Under the pieces are notes generated by a model. That model did not search any database. It saw only the letters and a list, made by a program, of their open reading frames with translations, and had not been told where the DNA came from. A DNA stretch of 64,000 nt from Piedraia hortae CBS 480.64 (lineage: Eukaryota): assembly GCA_010093745.1 (NCBI GenBank), contig MU005979.1:1-64000 (forward strand), in the 5' to 3' direction. Below, piece after piece: positions 45,819 to 59,005 of the stretch. A program made the position numbers and the translations under genes. Numbering within the stretch: position 1 is the first letter of the stretch; each line of letters begins with the position of its first letter.

Positions 45819-46903
45819 ATGAACGGGGAAGCCGGCCCAGTGGGCCAGGAGAAGATTAACACCGACATCGTCACACTCACGAGATATCTCAATGAGGAAC
45901 AAACCAAGCACAAGGAGGCAACTGGCGATTTCACCTTGCTTTGCCACGCTTTGCAGTTTTCATTCAAATCGATTGCCTACTACATTCGACGGGCGTCATT
46001 GATCAACCTTGGTGGCCTTGCTGGTTCATCCAACACAACGGGTGACGATCAAAAGAAGCTCGATGTGATTGGCAACGATGTATTTGTGGCCGCCATGAAG
46101 TCGTCTGGTCGCGTGCGCGTGCTGGTTTCAGAGGAAGAAGACAAGGCAATCGTTTTCGACGAAAATAAAGACGCCAGGTACGCCGTTGTCTGCGATCCCA
46201 TCGATGGAAGCAGCAACTTGGATGCTGGCGTGTCGGTGGGAACAATCTTTGGGATCTTCAAGCTTCCGGAAAACTCCAAAGGGTCTGATGAGGACCTCTT
46301 GCGACCCGGGAGCGACATGGTGGCCGCTGGCTTCACAATGTACGGTGCATCGTCTCAGCTAGTACTCACCATGAAGGGTGGCCCCGTCAACGGCTTCACG
46401 TTGGACAATGCATTGGGCGAGTTCATCCTCTCCCACCCCAATATGCAGATTCCCAAGCAGAGGGCCATTTACAGCTGCAACGAAGGCAACAGCAAGTATT
46501 GGGAAGAGCCGGTGCTTGAGTGGTGCAACAGCCTCAAGCAAGCCGAGAAGCCTTACTCTTCCCGTTACATTGGATCAATGGTGGCTGATGCGTACCGAAC
46601 CTTGCTGTACGGCGGTATTTTTGCCTACCCTGCAGACAAAAAGAGCCCCAAAGGCAAGCTTCGCATCTTGTACGAGTGTGCACCAATGTCCATGGTGTTT
46701 GAGAATGGTAAGTGCAACATGCCCCAGTACGTACCTCGTGGCTGACCCGTTTAGCCGGTGGTCAGGCCGTCAATAGTAAGATGCAGCGCATGTTGGAAGT
46801 GGTTCCAGAGAACATTCACGACCGCAGCGGCATCTTCCTCGGCAGCCACAACGAAGTCCAAAAGGTCATTGATGTCCACAAGAAGCATGGAATTGGTGGA
46901 TGA
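45819..46903 (+). CDS. FBP1: Fructose-1,6-bisphosphatase, about 345 aa; intron 46708-46754
   Basis: GDDQKKLDV, SEEE, DPIDGSSN, RYIGSMVAD, GKLRILYEC. Confidence 0.97.
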
Positions 46904-47360
46904 AGTAGTATTTAGTTCAGCTAGCTGCTGCAAATTGAATTCCCTGCGCCACCTAACCCTTGCATTCTGATACCTTTGGGTGAGCTATATGCAGCATGTA
47001 TGATGCGGAGCCACCGGCAACCTGCAGCTTTACCAAACGTCAGTGCGAAATTGCCCATTGTTCCGCTCCCAAACGTGAAATACAATTTTCCTGCCGAGTC
47101 ATGTAGGCCAGACTGGCTCGATCCAGACCTTTTCGATGAAAACGGCCTTCCTTCCTCTGGCGAATCACAATCACGTGCTTTTAGATAAAGGACCAACACT
47201 GAACGCATATCCAAGACGTCCACAGGATACGCTGCAGGACTATGCTTGAACCCACCTCTTCCACAATTAGCAGCATGGTAGACCTTGGTAGGTAATGTGA
47301 TTCAGTAATCGGTTTACCTTTGTTGATCCCGAGCATTTAGGCTTTTGGACTGATTCGGTC

Positions 47361-48350
47361 ATGGAAGCCTTTGTCCAGCTGAGCCCTTCTCCCACCTGGG
47401 CTAACCGAATTCTTGCTCCGTACAAAGGGCTACCATTCCATGCATACTTGCATGCCACACCTCCAAGGCGACAGAGAACGCTGACTGGACCAATAGACCC
47501 GGCTCAGGGCTCTCTCTGGCAACGCTTTCACCTCTTCAGCTCGGTCGAACCCGAACAGCAATTCCTTGAGCAGGAGCAATGTAGCTTTCTATCCAAGCTA
47601 CCACTGGACGTCCGCCTCATCATATATGAGATGGTTTTTGGACACCAAATCTTCCACTTGCATGCACCTGATCGAAGGGGCAGAATTCTATTCAATCCTT
47701 GCTCAAGGCCAGAGACTATCGAAAGCCCTTCCCACCAATGTCACTCTATATCAACCAAAAGGCCATCATCAGCACCCCGCGAAGACTATTCACAGGCCAC
47801 AGGTCTGTTGCCTCTTCTGGTCACCTGCCGACGAATCTACTCAGAGGCCATAGAAGTTTTGTACAATGCAAACACTTTTGAGTTCACCCAAAATTTCGCG
47901 GCATTTCGCTTTCTACGACTCATGATTCCACCTCAGCGGCTGAAGAGCATACGTCGATTCCGCATGAAGATGCGCGTTCCCCATCATCCGACCCTCAACA
48001 GTCGCTCGCGCCAAGACTGGGCCGATTTGTTCGATTTTTTCAGCCGTCAGCTGACGGGACTTCAAAGTCTGCATTTGTTTCTGGATCCTAATCAGCCGAT
48101 GAAGGCACAGATCTTAAACACTCCAGACAGCGAGGGTTGCGACTGGATTCGCCCCATGATTATTATGGCCCTGGACGTCAATGTTCAGCGTCCATGCAGA
48201 GTGCAAGTCGTGACAGAGGGAGTGACACATGATCTCTGCGCTATCCTCAAGGAAGCGTCGGTCTTACACCCAGACGCCGGGCCTGTCATTGACAGTGCAT
48301 GTGTGACGGTCCACAGACGCATCAGGCTGTCACTGGCTGAGCGTGGATGA
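47361..48350 (+). CDS. Conserved fungal protein with F-box-like N-terminal motif (DUF7730-like), 329 aa
   Basis: FLSKLPLDVRLIIYEMVFG ... LLVTCRRIYSEAIEVLYNANTFEF. Confidence 0.75.
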   Translation: MEAFVQLSPSPTWANRILAPYKGLPFHAYLHATPPRRQRTLTGPIDPAQGSLWQRFHLFSSVEPEQQFLEQEQCSFLSKLPLDVRLIIYEMVFGHQIFHLHAPDRRGRILFNPCSRPETIESPSHQCHSISTKRPSSAPREDYSQATGLLPLLVTCRRIYSEAIEVLYNANTFEFTQNFAAFRFLRLMIPPQRLKSIRRFRMKMRVPHHPTLNSRSRQDWADLFDFFSRQLTGLQSLHLFLDPNQPMKAQILNTPDSEGCDWIRPMIIMALDVNVQRPCRVQVVTEGVTHDLCAILKEASVLHPDAGPVIDSACVTVHRRIRLSLAERG

Positions 48351-49716
48351 GCCTGGGGGCGTTTCCTGTAATGAGTCTTTTGATATACTATGGATGACTG
48401 GATTCCCCTCCAACAATATTATAACAACATGAAATTTGAAATCCCCAATTTTGAAAAGATAGTTTTGTGTGGGTTACATATCAAACATGACCGGCTTTGC
48501 TAGTGCATTCTCCCTCTGGGTTTGACGCTTGTTTACGACCAAGGGAACTCACATCCACAGAAACACTGCATCCGGAGGAAGCAAGCTGTATTTCCAAGAT
48601 TAACAATCCCACTGATGACGCATTTTCGTAACTGCGGTTGGGGCAACCCCGCCCACGGCGCTGGCTTATGACGTAATCTGTCCAGGTTCTCTGCCTGGCA
48701 GCGCAGATCGCCGGGAGGTACATGAGCCGATTGTAGGTTCTTGTTTCCCACTCTTGGGCACCCATGTCTTATGTTCTCTCTTTGGTGATGCTTTCTTCGA
48801 GTGCTCTTGCGTAAGATATCGTTGTCTACGGAGCTCACGCTTGACCTCAGTTCTACTCTGGTCCTTCGTCACTTCCTCCCAATATCTCAATCATCATGAG
48901 AGCATCGGTAAGAAGTAGTCGCGAATGGGTGGGGAAAGATTAAATGAGTGTGCGGTGACGAATGGGTGTGAAATTACAATTGAATCAGTTGCACGGAAAT
49001 AAGGGCGGCCCTACCGCAGACAGGAAAGGAAGGTATCAGTCCGAGGGATATTATGAGATCAGCTCAAGCAAGCGACACTGACAAGGATAAATTGAGAGGT
49101 GCCCTTCCCTCAACACCTCTTTTACTAACACCTTGGTCATCATCCCATGCAGTTTCCCAGTTCCTATATATCTCTGGCATCCCTGCAGACTCCTGGTACA
49201 ACTGTCCGGGGATCAATTTTTAAATCGGCTCTCCGGGAATCAACACGGTACTATGCATTCATACAAAATGGAGCTAGCCAATGCCCAGCCTTCCCGCTGT
49301 TCATCATCCACCAGGACTTTACAATCAGATACAAACGACAATATGAACGAGCAATGAGCAACCAAGCCAACAAATTAGCAAGCACAGTAATGGCCATGAA
49401 CGAACAAGCATGAGACTATCCAAGTTGGTCAACCCCAGAGGCAAGATGTTGCATTAACTACATTCATGCTTGGCATTTTCGAATGGCCAATTAATATCAT
49501 AACTCGTCTACCTTCACGGCATCTGATTGATATGACGTCGAAGCCATCGATGACATGGTTCACGAGTTGGGCTTCGTAGTCGGCGGGAAAGCTAAACGTC
49601 AACGCCGATTCACTTTGGGTTAACCGGTGACCTGGGCCCCCTTCTTCCCAAGGTCTGGAATCTGGGGATGATATATCACTCCCCGCTTCCCCGCCAACTC
49701 AAACACTTGGTTTAAA

Positions 49717-51381
49717 ATGGATGACAATTATGCAGACGAACAGAATTTCATCAAGTCTCTTCCCACCCAGGAATATGAGAAGACAGGGGAGGAAATTTAT
49801 GTCCTTGATGAACGCAATGGCAGAAGATATTCGGGGTTTGCCTTTTCACCTTTGAGAAAGTGGTCCATCATTACCGCTGTCTTCTTGGTTCAAATCAGCA
49901 TGAACTTCAATGCCGCCATCTACGCCGCAGCTGTGCCGAAAATGAGCATGGACTTTGATATTCCCCACAGCAAGGCACGTCTTGGCCAAATGGTTTTTCT
50001 CGTCATGTATGCGTTTGGCTGCGAGCTGTGGGCCCCGTGGTCGGAGGATTTTGGTCGGTATTGGGTCATGCAGATTTCACTTGGCCTGGTAAATATCTGG
50101 CAAATTCCTTGTGCGTTGGCCACCAACTTCTGGATCGTCTTCGCCGCTCGAGCACTTGGTGGCCTTTCTTCGGCGGGTGGCTCGGTTACCTTGGGCATTG
50201 TGGCCGACATGTGGGAACCAAACGACCAGCAGTTTGCCACCTTGTACGTAGTTTTCTCCTCTGTTGCTGGCTCTGTCGTTGCCCCAATCTTCGGTGGACT
50301 GATGACCGAATATCTGGATTGGCAGTGGGTGTTTTGGATCTCCCTCATCCTGGGTGGCTTTACGCAAGCCGTGCACGCCATTGTTGTTCAGGAAACCAGG
50401 AACTCGGTCCGCATGACAATGGCTGCCAAGATGCTACGCAAGAAAGGAGGCTATAAAGTGTACAGCGCTGATGAGGCGAAGGGCACGTTTTGGCAGCGCA
50501 TCAATTGGAAGGACACCTCCGAGCTCATGTGGCGTCCGTACAAGTTCCTCCTCACTGAGCCCATTGTCACTTCCCTATCCTTACTTTCCGGCTTCAGCGA
50601 TGCACTTGTCTTTCTCGGCCTGGAATCGTTTGGCCTGGTGCTCGACCAGTGGGGGTTCGGGTACAAGGAGAAGGGTTTTTCATTTGTTGCGCTGCTGATC
50701 GGTTACTTCCTGGCCGCAATCTTCTTCATTCCGATATACATGAAGGACACCAAAACAATGAAGAGCAGTAAAGAGCCCATGCCACCCGAGCGCCGCTTAT
50801 GGGGCCTACTGTGGACAGCGCCTCTACTTCCCCTCGGCCTAGCTGGTTTCGCCGGCACATCATATGGACCGCCAACCGTTCCCTGGATCGCACCGCTCCT
50901 ATTTGTGCTTTGCATCGGCATCGCCAACACGGCAATCTACCTGGCAACGATTGATTACATGATTGCCGCCTATGGTGAATACTCGGCATCAGCAACAGGG
51001 GGTAATGGCTTCTGTCGCGACCTTCTCGCTGGTGTTTCGGCCCTTTACGCGACGCCAATGTACACCAAGATCAGGCCTGGCACGCGCCTGCAACTCGTTA
51101 TCCCAACCTTGATCCTGTTCGCGGTGGCAGTAGTTGGCGTCCTGCCAGTATACTACCTCTATTGGTGTGGTGCCAAGGTCCGCCACAAATCAGTATTTGC
51201 TTCGAATTTGGAGAAAGACCGCGAAAACCACCGGGACCATGCAACGACGCAATCCGGTCTGCGCACGGCTTCAGTTAAAGGCCCACAACGAGCGTCTGTG
51301 CGTGTTGATCCCAAGGTCGAAGGTGATCCTGAAGATCAGCTCAAGCAAGGAGAGGCAGACAGGTATGAAGAGTACAGTTAA
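49717..51381 (+). CDS. MFS drug:H+ antiporter (DHA1-like), 554 aa
   Basis: RKWSI, WAPWSEDFGR, GIVADMW, WQWVFW, RPYKFLLTEPIV, PERRL, DYMIAAYGEYSASA; about 12 hydrophobic segments. Confidence 0.92.
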   Translation: MDDNYADEQNFIKSLPTQEYEKTGEEIYVLDERNGRRYSGFAFSPLRKWSIITAVFLVQISMNFNAAIYAAAVPKMSMDFDIPHSKARLGQMVFLVMYAFGCELWAPWSEDFGRYWVMQISLGLVNIWQIPCALATNFWIVFAARALGGLSSAGGSVTLGIVADMWEPNDQQFATLYVVFSSVAGSVVAPIFGGLMTEYLDWQWVFWISLILGGFTQAVHAIVVQETRNSVRMTMAAKMLRKKGGYKVYSADEAKGTFWQRINWKDTSELMWRPYKFLLTEPIVTSLSLLSGFSDALVFLGLESFGLVLDQWGFGYKEKGFSFVALLIGYFLAAIFFIPIYMKDTKTMKSSKEPMPPERRLWGLLWTAPLLPLGLAGFAGTSYGPPTVPWIAPLLFVLCIGIANTAIYLATIDYMIAAYGEYSASATGGNGFCRDLLAGVSALYATPMYTKIRPGTRLQLVIPTLILFAVAVVGVLPVYYLYWCGAKVRHKSVFASNLEKDRENHRDHATTQSGLRTASVKGPQRASVRVDPKVEGDPEDQLKQGEADRYEEYS

Positions 51382-51550
51382 CGGCGACTGCATGTATGTA
51401 AAAGTCACAAAAGTAGGTAAAATCATAATGAAAAAGGATCAACCATATCTTGTTCGTTGCGCCTAAGATCATCATAATTTCTCTGTTCGCCGGCCTGTAC
51501 AGTGTTCTACTTTATTCAGACAACATTCATGCTGATCGTGTAGACGATGA

Positions 51551-52281
51551 TCAACTGCTCTGCACGTCCCCATTTGCAGTCACTGCTGCGCTGCCATCGA
51601 GATAGGCCACCAAGTCCTCAATGGTGCAGATTTTCAGGCCAAACCTTTTGGCAAAAGATATGCAGTCGTCTCTCTGCATCATGTCAACAGCCTCTAGCTC
51701 TGCTTTGCCTTCTACGGGTACACTGTCTGCAACAAGCTCGGCTATAACGGCAACAGGCTGTTTACCAGCAAGGCGACAGAGTTCAACGGCGGCTTCGGTG
51801 TGACCCTGCCTCGTTCGAACCCCGCCTTGTCTGGCACGCAGGGGCACGACGTGGCCCGGTCTGCGGAACTCGGCCTTTCCGACCTTGGGGTCTGCGAGGG
51901 CCCTGCATGTGCGAGATCTGTTGGCTGCAGAGATACCCGTAGCCGTGCCTTGGTAATCGACGGTAACGGTATATGCCGTCCTCAACGGATCTTGCGAGGA
52001 TTCCACCATGAGCGGCAGGTCGAGCTCCTCTGCCCGACTTTCCGCCATGGGCGCACAGAGATAGCCCGAAGTGAACCTTATCATGAATGCAGCCTTTTCA
52101 GGCGTAAAGTCTTCTGCTGAGATGATCAAATCACCCTCGTTTTCCCGCCATGGCGAGTCCAGCACAATGACGAACTCGCCGCTTGCTAACGGGTTGGTAA
52201 GTTTTTCGCTTGTTGTGTACAGAAGAAAGACAAACCAAAGGATTTGACAGCTGTTGGGATGCTGTCGAAGCCGTGAGACAT
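51551..52281 (-). CDS. RIB3: 3,4-dihydroxy-2-butanone 4-phosphate synthase, about 226 aa; intron 52186-52235; an in-frame ATG also lies at 52323
   Basis: FDSIPTAVKSF|ASGEFVIVLD, RENEGDLI, TGISAANR, FRRPGHVVPL, RQGHTEAA. Confidence 0.94.
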
Positions 52282-52851
52282 GATACTTTGATGAAAGAAT
52301 TGAGGTTGCGGTAGAGGGGCCATGATTACTCAGCGCCAACAGTCGCTTGAACCTGGGTAGCGGTTCGATCCAACACTCAAATTCTGTCCGCCATATTGAT
52401 GAAGCGGCGAATTCATCTATCTACAGGTGCATGGAGACCCGATTGGGGGTGCTGATAGTCTGCATAAAGAGACATCCGCTGCATCCAGAGGCCGCTATCA
52501 GGGTTGACCGTACAACTCATGTTTGCCCATATCTTGGCGATACATGTACACAACTAATAGATAGCAACCCTTTGCGTTCATCCTGAAGGCCGGCTCTCCG
52601 CTTCTCTTCGTCATTTGACAGACAAGTGTCGATGTCCTGGGCAACTTTGTGACATATATGTACACCATTCATGGACAGTAGTCTGTAGTGTGCGCCAAGG
52701 TTGGCCAAAGTAATCCTCGGATTGTATCACGGCATGGTCTTGGGGGTGATTTTGCAGCTCTCATAACAAGTACCCACCCAGATCGACCCTCTCGTCCACC
52801 TCCCGGTGTGATGATCTCAAATCGCAGCGAATAGCCGCGCCTCAGTTGAAG

Positions 52852-53616
52852 TCATGTAATCCCACTGGCAGACAAGATGGCAAATCTCAATTCGTCGATT
52901 CCGAATTTTCTGTGTGGGTGCAAGCCTTTAGTGGCGCTGGTACATAGGATATCCAAAGGGGAATAAGAGCCACTCGCCTCGGCCAGCGTCCTGGTGATTG
53001 CATCGCATTTGGATTTCAATATGTCCATGGCAGCATCCATGCCCACATCGGAAGTTGGCAGCACCTTGTCCACCTTGCTGAGAATTATCTGAAACGGAAC
53101 ACCAATGTCCTTCAAATGTAATAGCAAAGTCATGTCGTTATCTTTCAGATTGAGTTCTGCATCGAGGAGCACAAAAGTCCTGCGGAGCTGCTTCCTTTTT
53201 GTAAGGTATTTCATAATCTCGATTCCCCAATCTTGGTGACTTCCTTTGCCGTACCCAGGCATATCGACAAGTACACATCCCCTGAACTTGTCGACAGATT
53301 TGTGGATCCTTCCCGAGCCATTTCCGCTTACACCAAAGGCGTTGATTGTTTTAGTTCGTCCGGCCTTTGTGGAAACGAATGCATCCTGTGCGTTCGTACG
53401 ATTGAATACAGCATTAAGTAGGCTGCTCTTTCCTGCATTGGACCGACCTAAAAATGCTACTTCCGGACTATCACCTCGTGGAACCGATAGGAATTTAGCC
53501 GCGGAATAGAGAAAGATAGGCTTAGACTTGGTGAAGTAGAGATTGGATGTTTTGAGTTGAAGAGGCGTCGGAGGAGATGCAACGACATAGTGGCTTATAT
53601 TCGGAGGAAATTTCAT
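52852..53616 (-). CDS. EngB/YsxC-family GTPase, about 254 aa
   Basis: PEVAFLGRSNAGKSSLLN (G1), GRTKTIN (G2), DMPGYG (G3), SKVD (G4). Start codon is uncertain. Confidence 0.88.
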   Translation of the reverse strand: MKFPPNISHYVVASPPTPLQLKTSNLYFTKSKPIFLYSAAKFLSVPRGDSPEVAFLGRSNAGKSSLLNAVFNRTNAQDAFVSTKAGRTKTINAFGVSGNGSGRIHKSVDKFRGCVLVDMPGYGKGSHQDWGIEIMKYLTKRKQLRRTFVLLDAELNLKDNDMTLLLHLKDIGVPFQIILSKVDKVLPTSDVGMDAAMDILKSKCDAITRTLAEASGSYSPLDILCTSATKGLHPHRKFGIDELRFAILSASGIT

Positions 53617-53739
53617 CGTGTGCCTTTGTTCAAAAACTAATGCAGGTACATACCACAGACGGATGGTCTGTGCAGGCGGTCCGATCCGATACGTTAACCT
53701 GCTCAACCTCACATCTACAGGCAGCAAGAGCCAAACACA

Positions 53740-54042
53740 ATGGAGGCCAGGTCGCTTTACAGACAATTCCTGCGCGAGATGCCTGCGCGTAAGCCGTCGC
53801 TACTGGCCAACCCATCTTCGCTTCAACAAAGACTCCGCGCCGAGTTTACGTCTCGAACTCCATCAGATCAGTCAAGTTCATCCTCAAGCGAGTTGGCAAA
53901 AACTCGCCAATTTCTGCAGTATCTGCGCGCGCAAAGGCAATACATCACTCTGCTGGAAAGATATAATCCGGGCATGAACATGGATGAGGAAGATCGTGTG
54001 CGTATGACGGCGCGGCGGGTGGGATTGGATGTTCCTGATTGA
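53740..54042 (+). CDS. FMC1: Mitochondrial ATP synthase assembly factor Fmc1, 100 aa
   Basis: RSLYRQFLRE (LYR-like), YLRAQRQYITLLERYNPG, RVRMTARRVGL. Confidence 0.88.
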   Translation: MEARSLYRQFLREMPARKPSLLANPSSLQQRLRAEFTSRTPSDQSSSSSSELAKTRQFLQYLRAQRQYITLLERYNPGMNMDEEDRVRMTARRVGLDVPD

Positions 54043-54145
54043 TACCGGAGTTTAAAGCAAGCAAGCAAGCAAGACATCATACTAGTGAGAGGATAATGGA
54101 GTGGCCTAATGCATATATGATAGAACAGAATATGCCTGCAAAAGA

Positions 54146-55364
54146 CTACTTGATAGCCGTTGCCCACTTAACTCGCAGATCTTCCATCTCTTGCCAGCAC
54201 TTGCGACCCAGGTCTTCAAATCGCTCCCGCATTCCGCTGTCTGTCTCCCTCCAGGTTTTCCATCGAGCAATTGAGCTCGTCTCGCTGTCCGGCGGTACGG
54301 CGCCGACCACGCCCCCAAAGCCCCAACCTCCCACTTCGGTTCGTGCTACACGGTCACGGCCCCAAACATCCGTTGCAGTGCCCCATTTACCCTTTCCGTT
54401 GTCTCCTTCCAGAGCTTCAAGCTCGCTAGCTGGCGCGAGCGCCAAGTGAACCGCAGAAAGAGCACCTTTGTAAGGCCTTACTGGGAACCACGGGGACCCT
54501 ACAAGGCGGACGACGTACATGACTGCAAGCATAAGTAGAGAGAGAAGGGGCGGCAGATCGGCAATGGAAGTTCCCACAACGCCGGGGTGGGCTAGGTACA
54601 TTTTGGTCGAAGGGGGGGGCAGAAAAGTCGACACCCATGGCCTGGTTGAGGGCAGGCGAGATGTGAGGATCAAGAGATCGGTCAACCGTTTGGAGCTTTC
54701 ATAAGCGACTTCAGAGTGCAATCCTTGGAGGTCGTCCAAGGTAAAAGTAGATGGGATAGCTGAGACAGAACTGATCCAGATGATGCGGCTGTCTGGCCCA
54801 AACAAAGGCGCTAACCAGTGGGTTAGCATGTAGTGCCCGAAGACATTGGCCAGAAATACTTGGCCAAGGGCGTCTTCGTCCGGCGAGACCTGTTCCGCCG
54901 CTTTCAGGCCCACATCGGTGATCATAAAGGTGGGATACGTTAGGCTGTGGACAAAGTGGGTGCAAATGTTCCATGTAGCCTTTCGCCAGTTCGTTCCCTT
55001 CCATCCAGCGATACCTGCGTTCCATATTACCCTGTCCAACCGCTGGCCTGCCTCGACCAAACGGTCGGCAAGGGCCTTGACGCTACGCAGCTGGGTCAGG
55101 TCTACCAGCACGCTCTCACACACAACGTCATCGCGCCTCTTAAGGTGAGTAGCGAGACGTCTGAGTGTCTCATTAGCTTTGGTTGATGAGCGCGTCGAAT
55201 AAATAAGGCGTAGTCTGTGACCTGGACGTTTTGGAAAGTCGTCTATCAAACGACAACAAATTGCAAAGCCAAGACCGCTAAATTTGGTCAGTAGAAGGGG
55301 ACTGTGCATCAACGATAACGAAGCAGTACCTATTTGCACCAGTCACAAGAATCGTTGTTTCCAT
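54146..55364 (-). CDS. ERG27: 3-keto-steroid reductase, about 388 aa; intron 55278-55329
   Basis: Spliced ILVTGANSGLGFAICCRL; NAGI, VFLANVFGHY, YESSKRLTDL, HPGV. Confidence 0.92.
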
Positions 55365-56425
55365 CAGTAAGGTACAGCTGACTCGCGCCTAAACGTCTGC
55401 AGATGTGGTTCCCCCAACAGGGTGGGTTTTGCACCTCACCTCATCAACTTATCAAGTTTCCCGTCACGCACCGAATTTCTCCACGTTCTATTTGCTGTTA
55501 GCCAGCATTTTATACAGTAACAGACATTGTTAAAAACCTCAAATGAATCATGGGGGAGTCCGGCCACGTCAACTCCACGAGATAACTCTGAGCAACGAAA
55601 CGTTCTCTCCCTCGGTTCATCGGCCTGTAATAATAGATTGGCGATTAAGAAGCAAGCTCTCTTTACAAGCTCTTCCTAGCGAAATGAATCGCTGCGTCTC
55701 CCCCGCTTGGTCGAGGCGTGTACATAGATAGAAGTGTCTCATACGAATCACATGTCGTGCACGAGTGTTCTAGTGGTCCGCAGACCGTATAGAAATAGAA
55801 GACACATTACAGCCAAACACTGAGAGACATTGGGGAGAGCGCGAGGGATAAATAGGAATTATCGGAGCTGGCAGACGGTCACCGGCTCATACGTACAGGC
55901 AACAGTGAAGGCGAAGTTCATCAGAGTCAAGCGGCGGGAGTAGCCGCGGGGACGGGTAAAGCTCGGGAGCTGACATAAACGGCGCCCGCTTCTCCCCTTC
56001 GCCCACTTCACGCCATCCATCAACGCACAGACTCGGTCAGGGAGCGAACGCCCGCGCCCGCCCATCTCTAGAGCCACGTGCCAAAAACGCGTCAGTGGAG
56101 CGCGTAGCACGCGTCACAGACAGCGGTGGCCATCAAGGTAATGTTTACCGGCCCAGTGCCCTCCCCTTTTGTTGCCTAAACTCTGGTCAAAACTCTCCCG
56201 CATCCCTATCGTGGCCCGGGCCTGGGCGGGCCCTTTCACTTCATGGTAGCTAATGTCTGGCAGCGTGACGGCCGTGCTCTGTAGCCGCCTCTTAACTGCG
56301 CACGATCGCTCCGAGACCAATCCTCAGGTCCCCGTAACCCGGCCAGTCACGCCTGAATCCCGGTGGTAAGACTCTCTTTACCCTCGATTCCGCCGTCGTG
56401 TAGCCCGGTGCACGCGCCAAAATAC

Positions 56426-57969
<1,544 letters not shown>

Positions 57970-59005
57970 TTTCTGCCACTCGCTTCGGTCAGTTTTTTTA
58001 GAGATACCCCCTTTTAGTTCGTCCGGTATGGCGTTGTCCGGCAAGGCGTTTATTCTTTGGCTGGTAATGGAGGCACAGACTGCACAGATACAAGGAGGGC
58101 AACATGAGCACATAATTCACAGTCGGTGGGCACAGTAGAAACTGCATGTCTCGGGCGGTGTGGGACGTGTGAGGGGGCAACCCAGCCAGGATGGCTATGA
58201 GGTGGGCGGAGTACTGCGGTGTATTGATGTTTCTATTAATGTTTGCTCTCAATTGGACAGCCTACCACGACGAGGTGGCCATCACTGTACGTTCTTTGGA
58301 TGAAAGCCGTTGACGTGTACAGTATTATGCCTGGCAATGAAAGCACTTGATATTGACTCATTCTCCATTATAGGTAGAGTAGCAAGGATGCCAGCCAAAA
58401 CTCCATTACAGCCAAGGTTTGATGCCTCCTTACTTTTCTCTGACTCACTGTTACATGCAGGACTTGGTATAGCCCATCAATGGTTCTGACCAAACGATAA
58501 TCTACCAGATCAGATGACCAAATGTGGGTGCTTGGCCCAACGGTCTGCAACCGTTCGGCTATAACACGCAGGCCTACAAGAAGGTCCATGAACACTCAAG
58601 CCTTAGCACAAGGGAATTCAACTCCAGTCCATGTCTTGGCGCCGCCTTTGGATGCCACTGAGAAGCTTAATTTGGCAAAACTGTACCGCAAAACATAGCA
58701 GACTTTCCTACGTCATTGCGTCGACGATATTCTTAGTCCAGGGGTTACGTTGGACCATCGTCTGATGCACAGGAGCATAAGCCAGATGCAAAAATGGCAG
58801 CTTCTATGGCACACGAGTCGTGAAAAACTTCCAGATGCGGCAATTATTCTCGGCTAGTTTGACAGATGAAGGCTCTAAACAATGAAGCCATCGGAAGATC
58901 AATAGCCGTCGGGCCGCATGACCCCTTCTAGATCTGGCTGGCAGTAAGATATGCTCCTCCGTTTCGCCCGTTTTCAGCGCGTACGCTGTTTTCCCACGCA
59001 CGCCA

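Noticed and set aside
48400..49700. Short ORFs in the long spacer before the first MFS gene (similarly 1-340, 58000-59000, 61000-61580, 63520-64000)
   Set aside because: No motifs or coherent splice models; cannot be supported as genes or ncRNAs from sequence alone.
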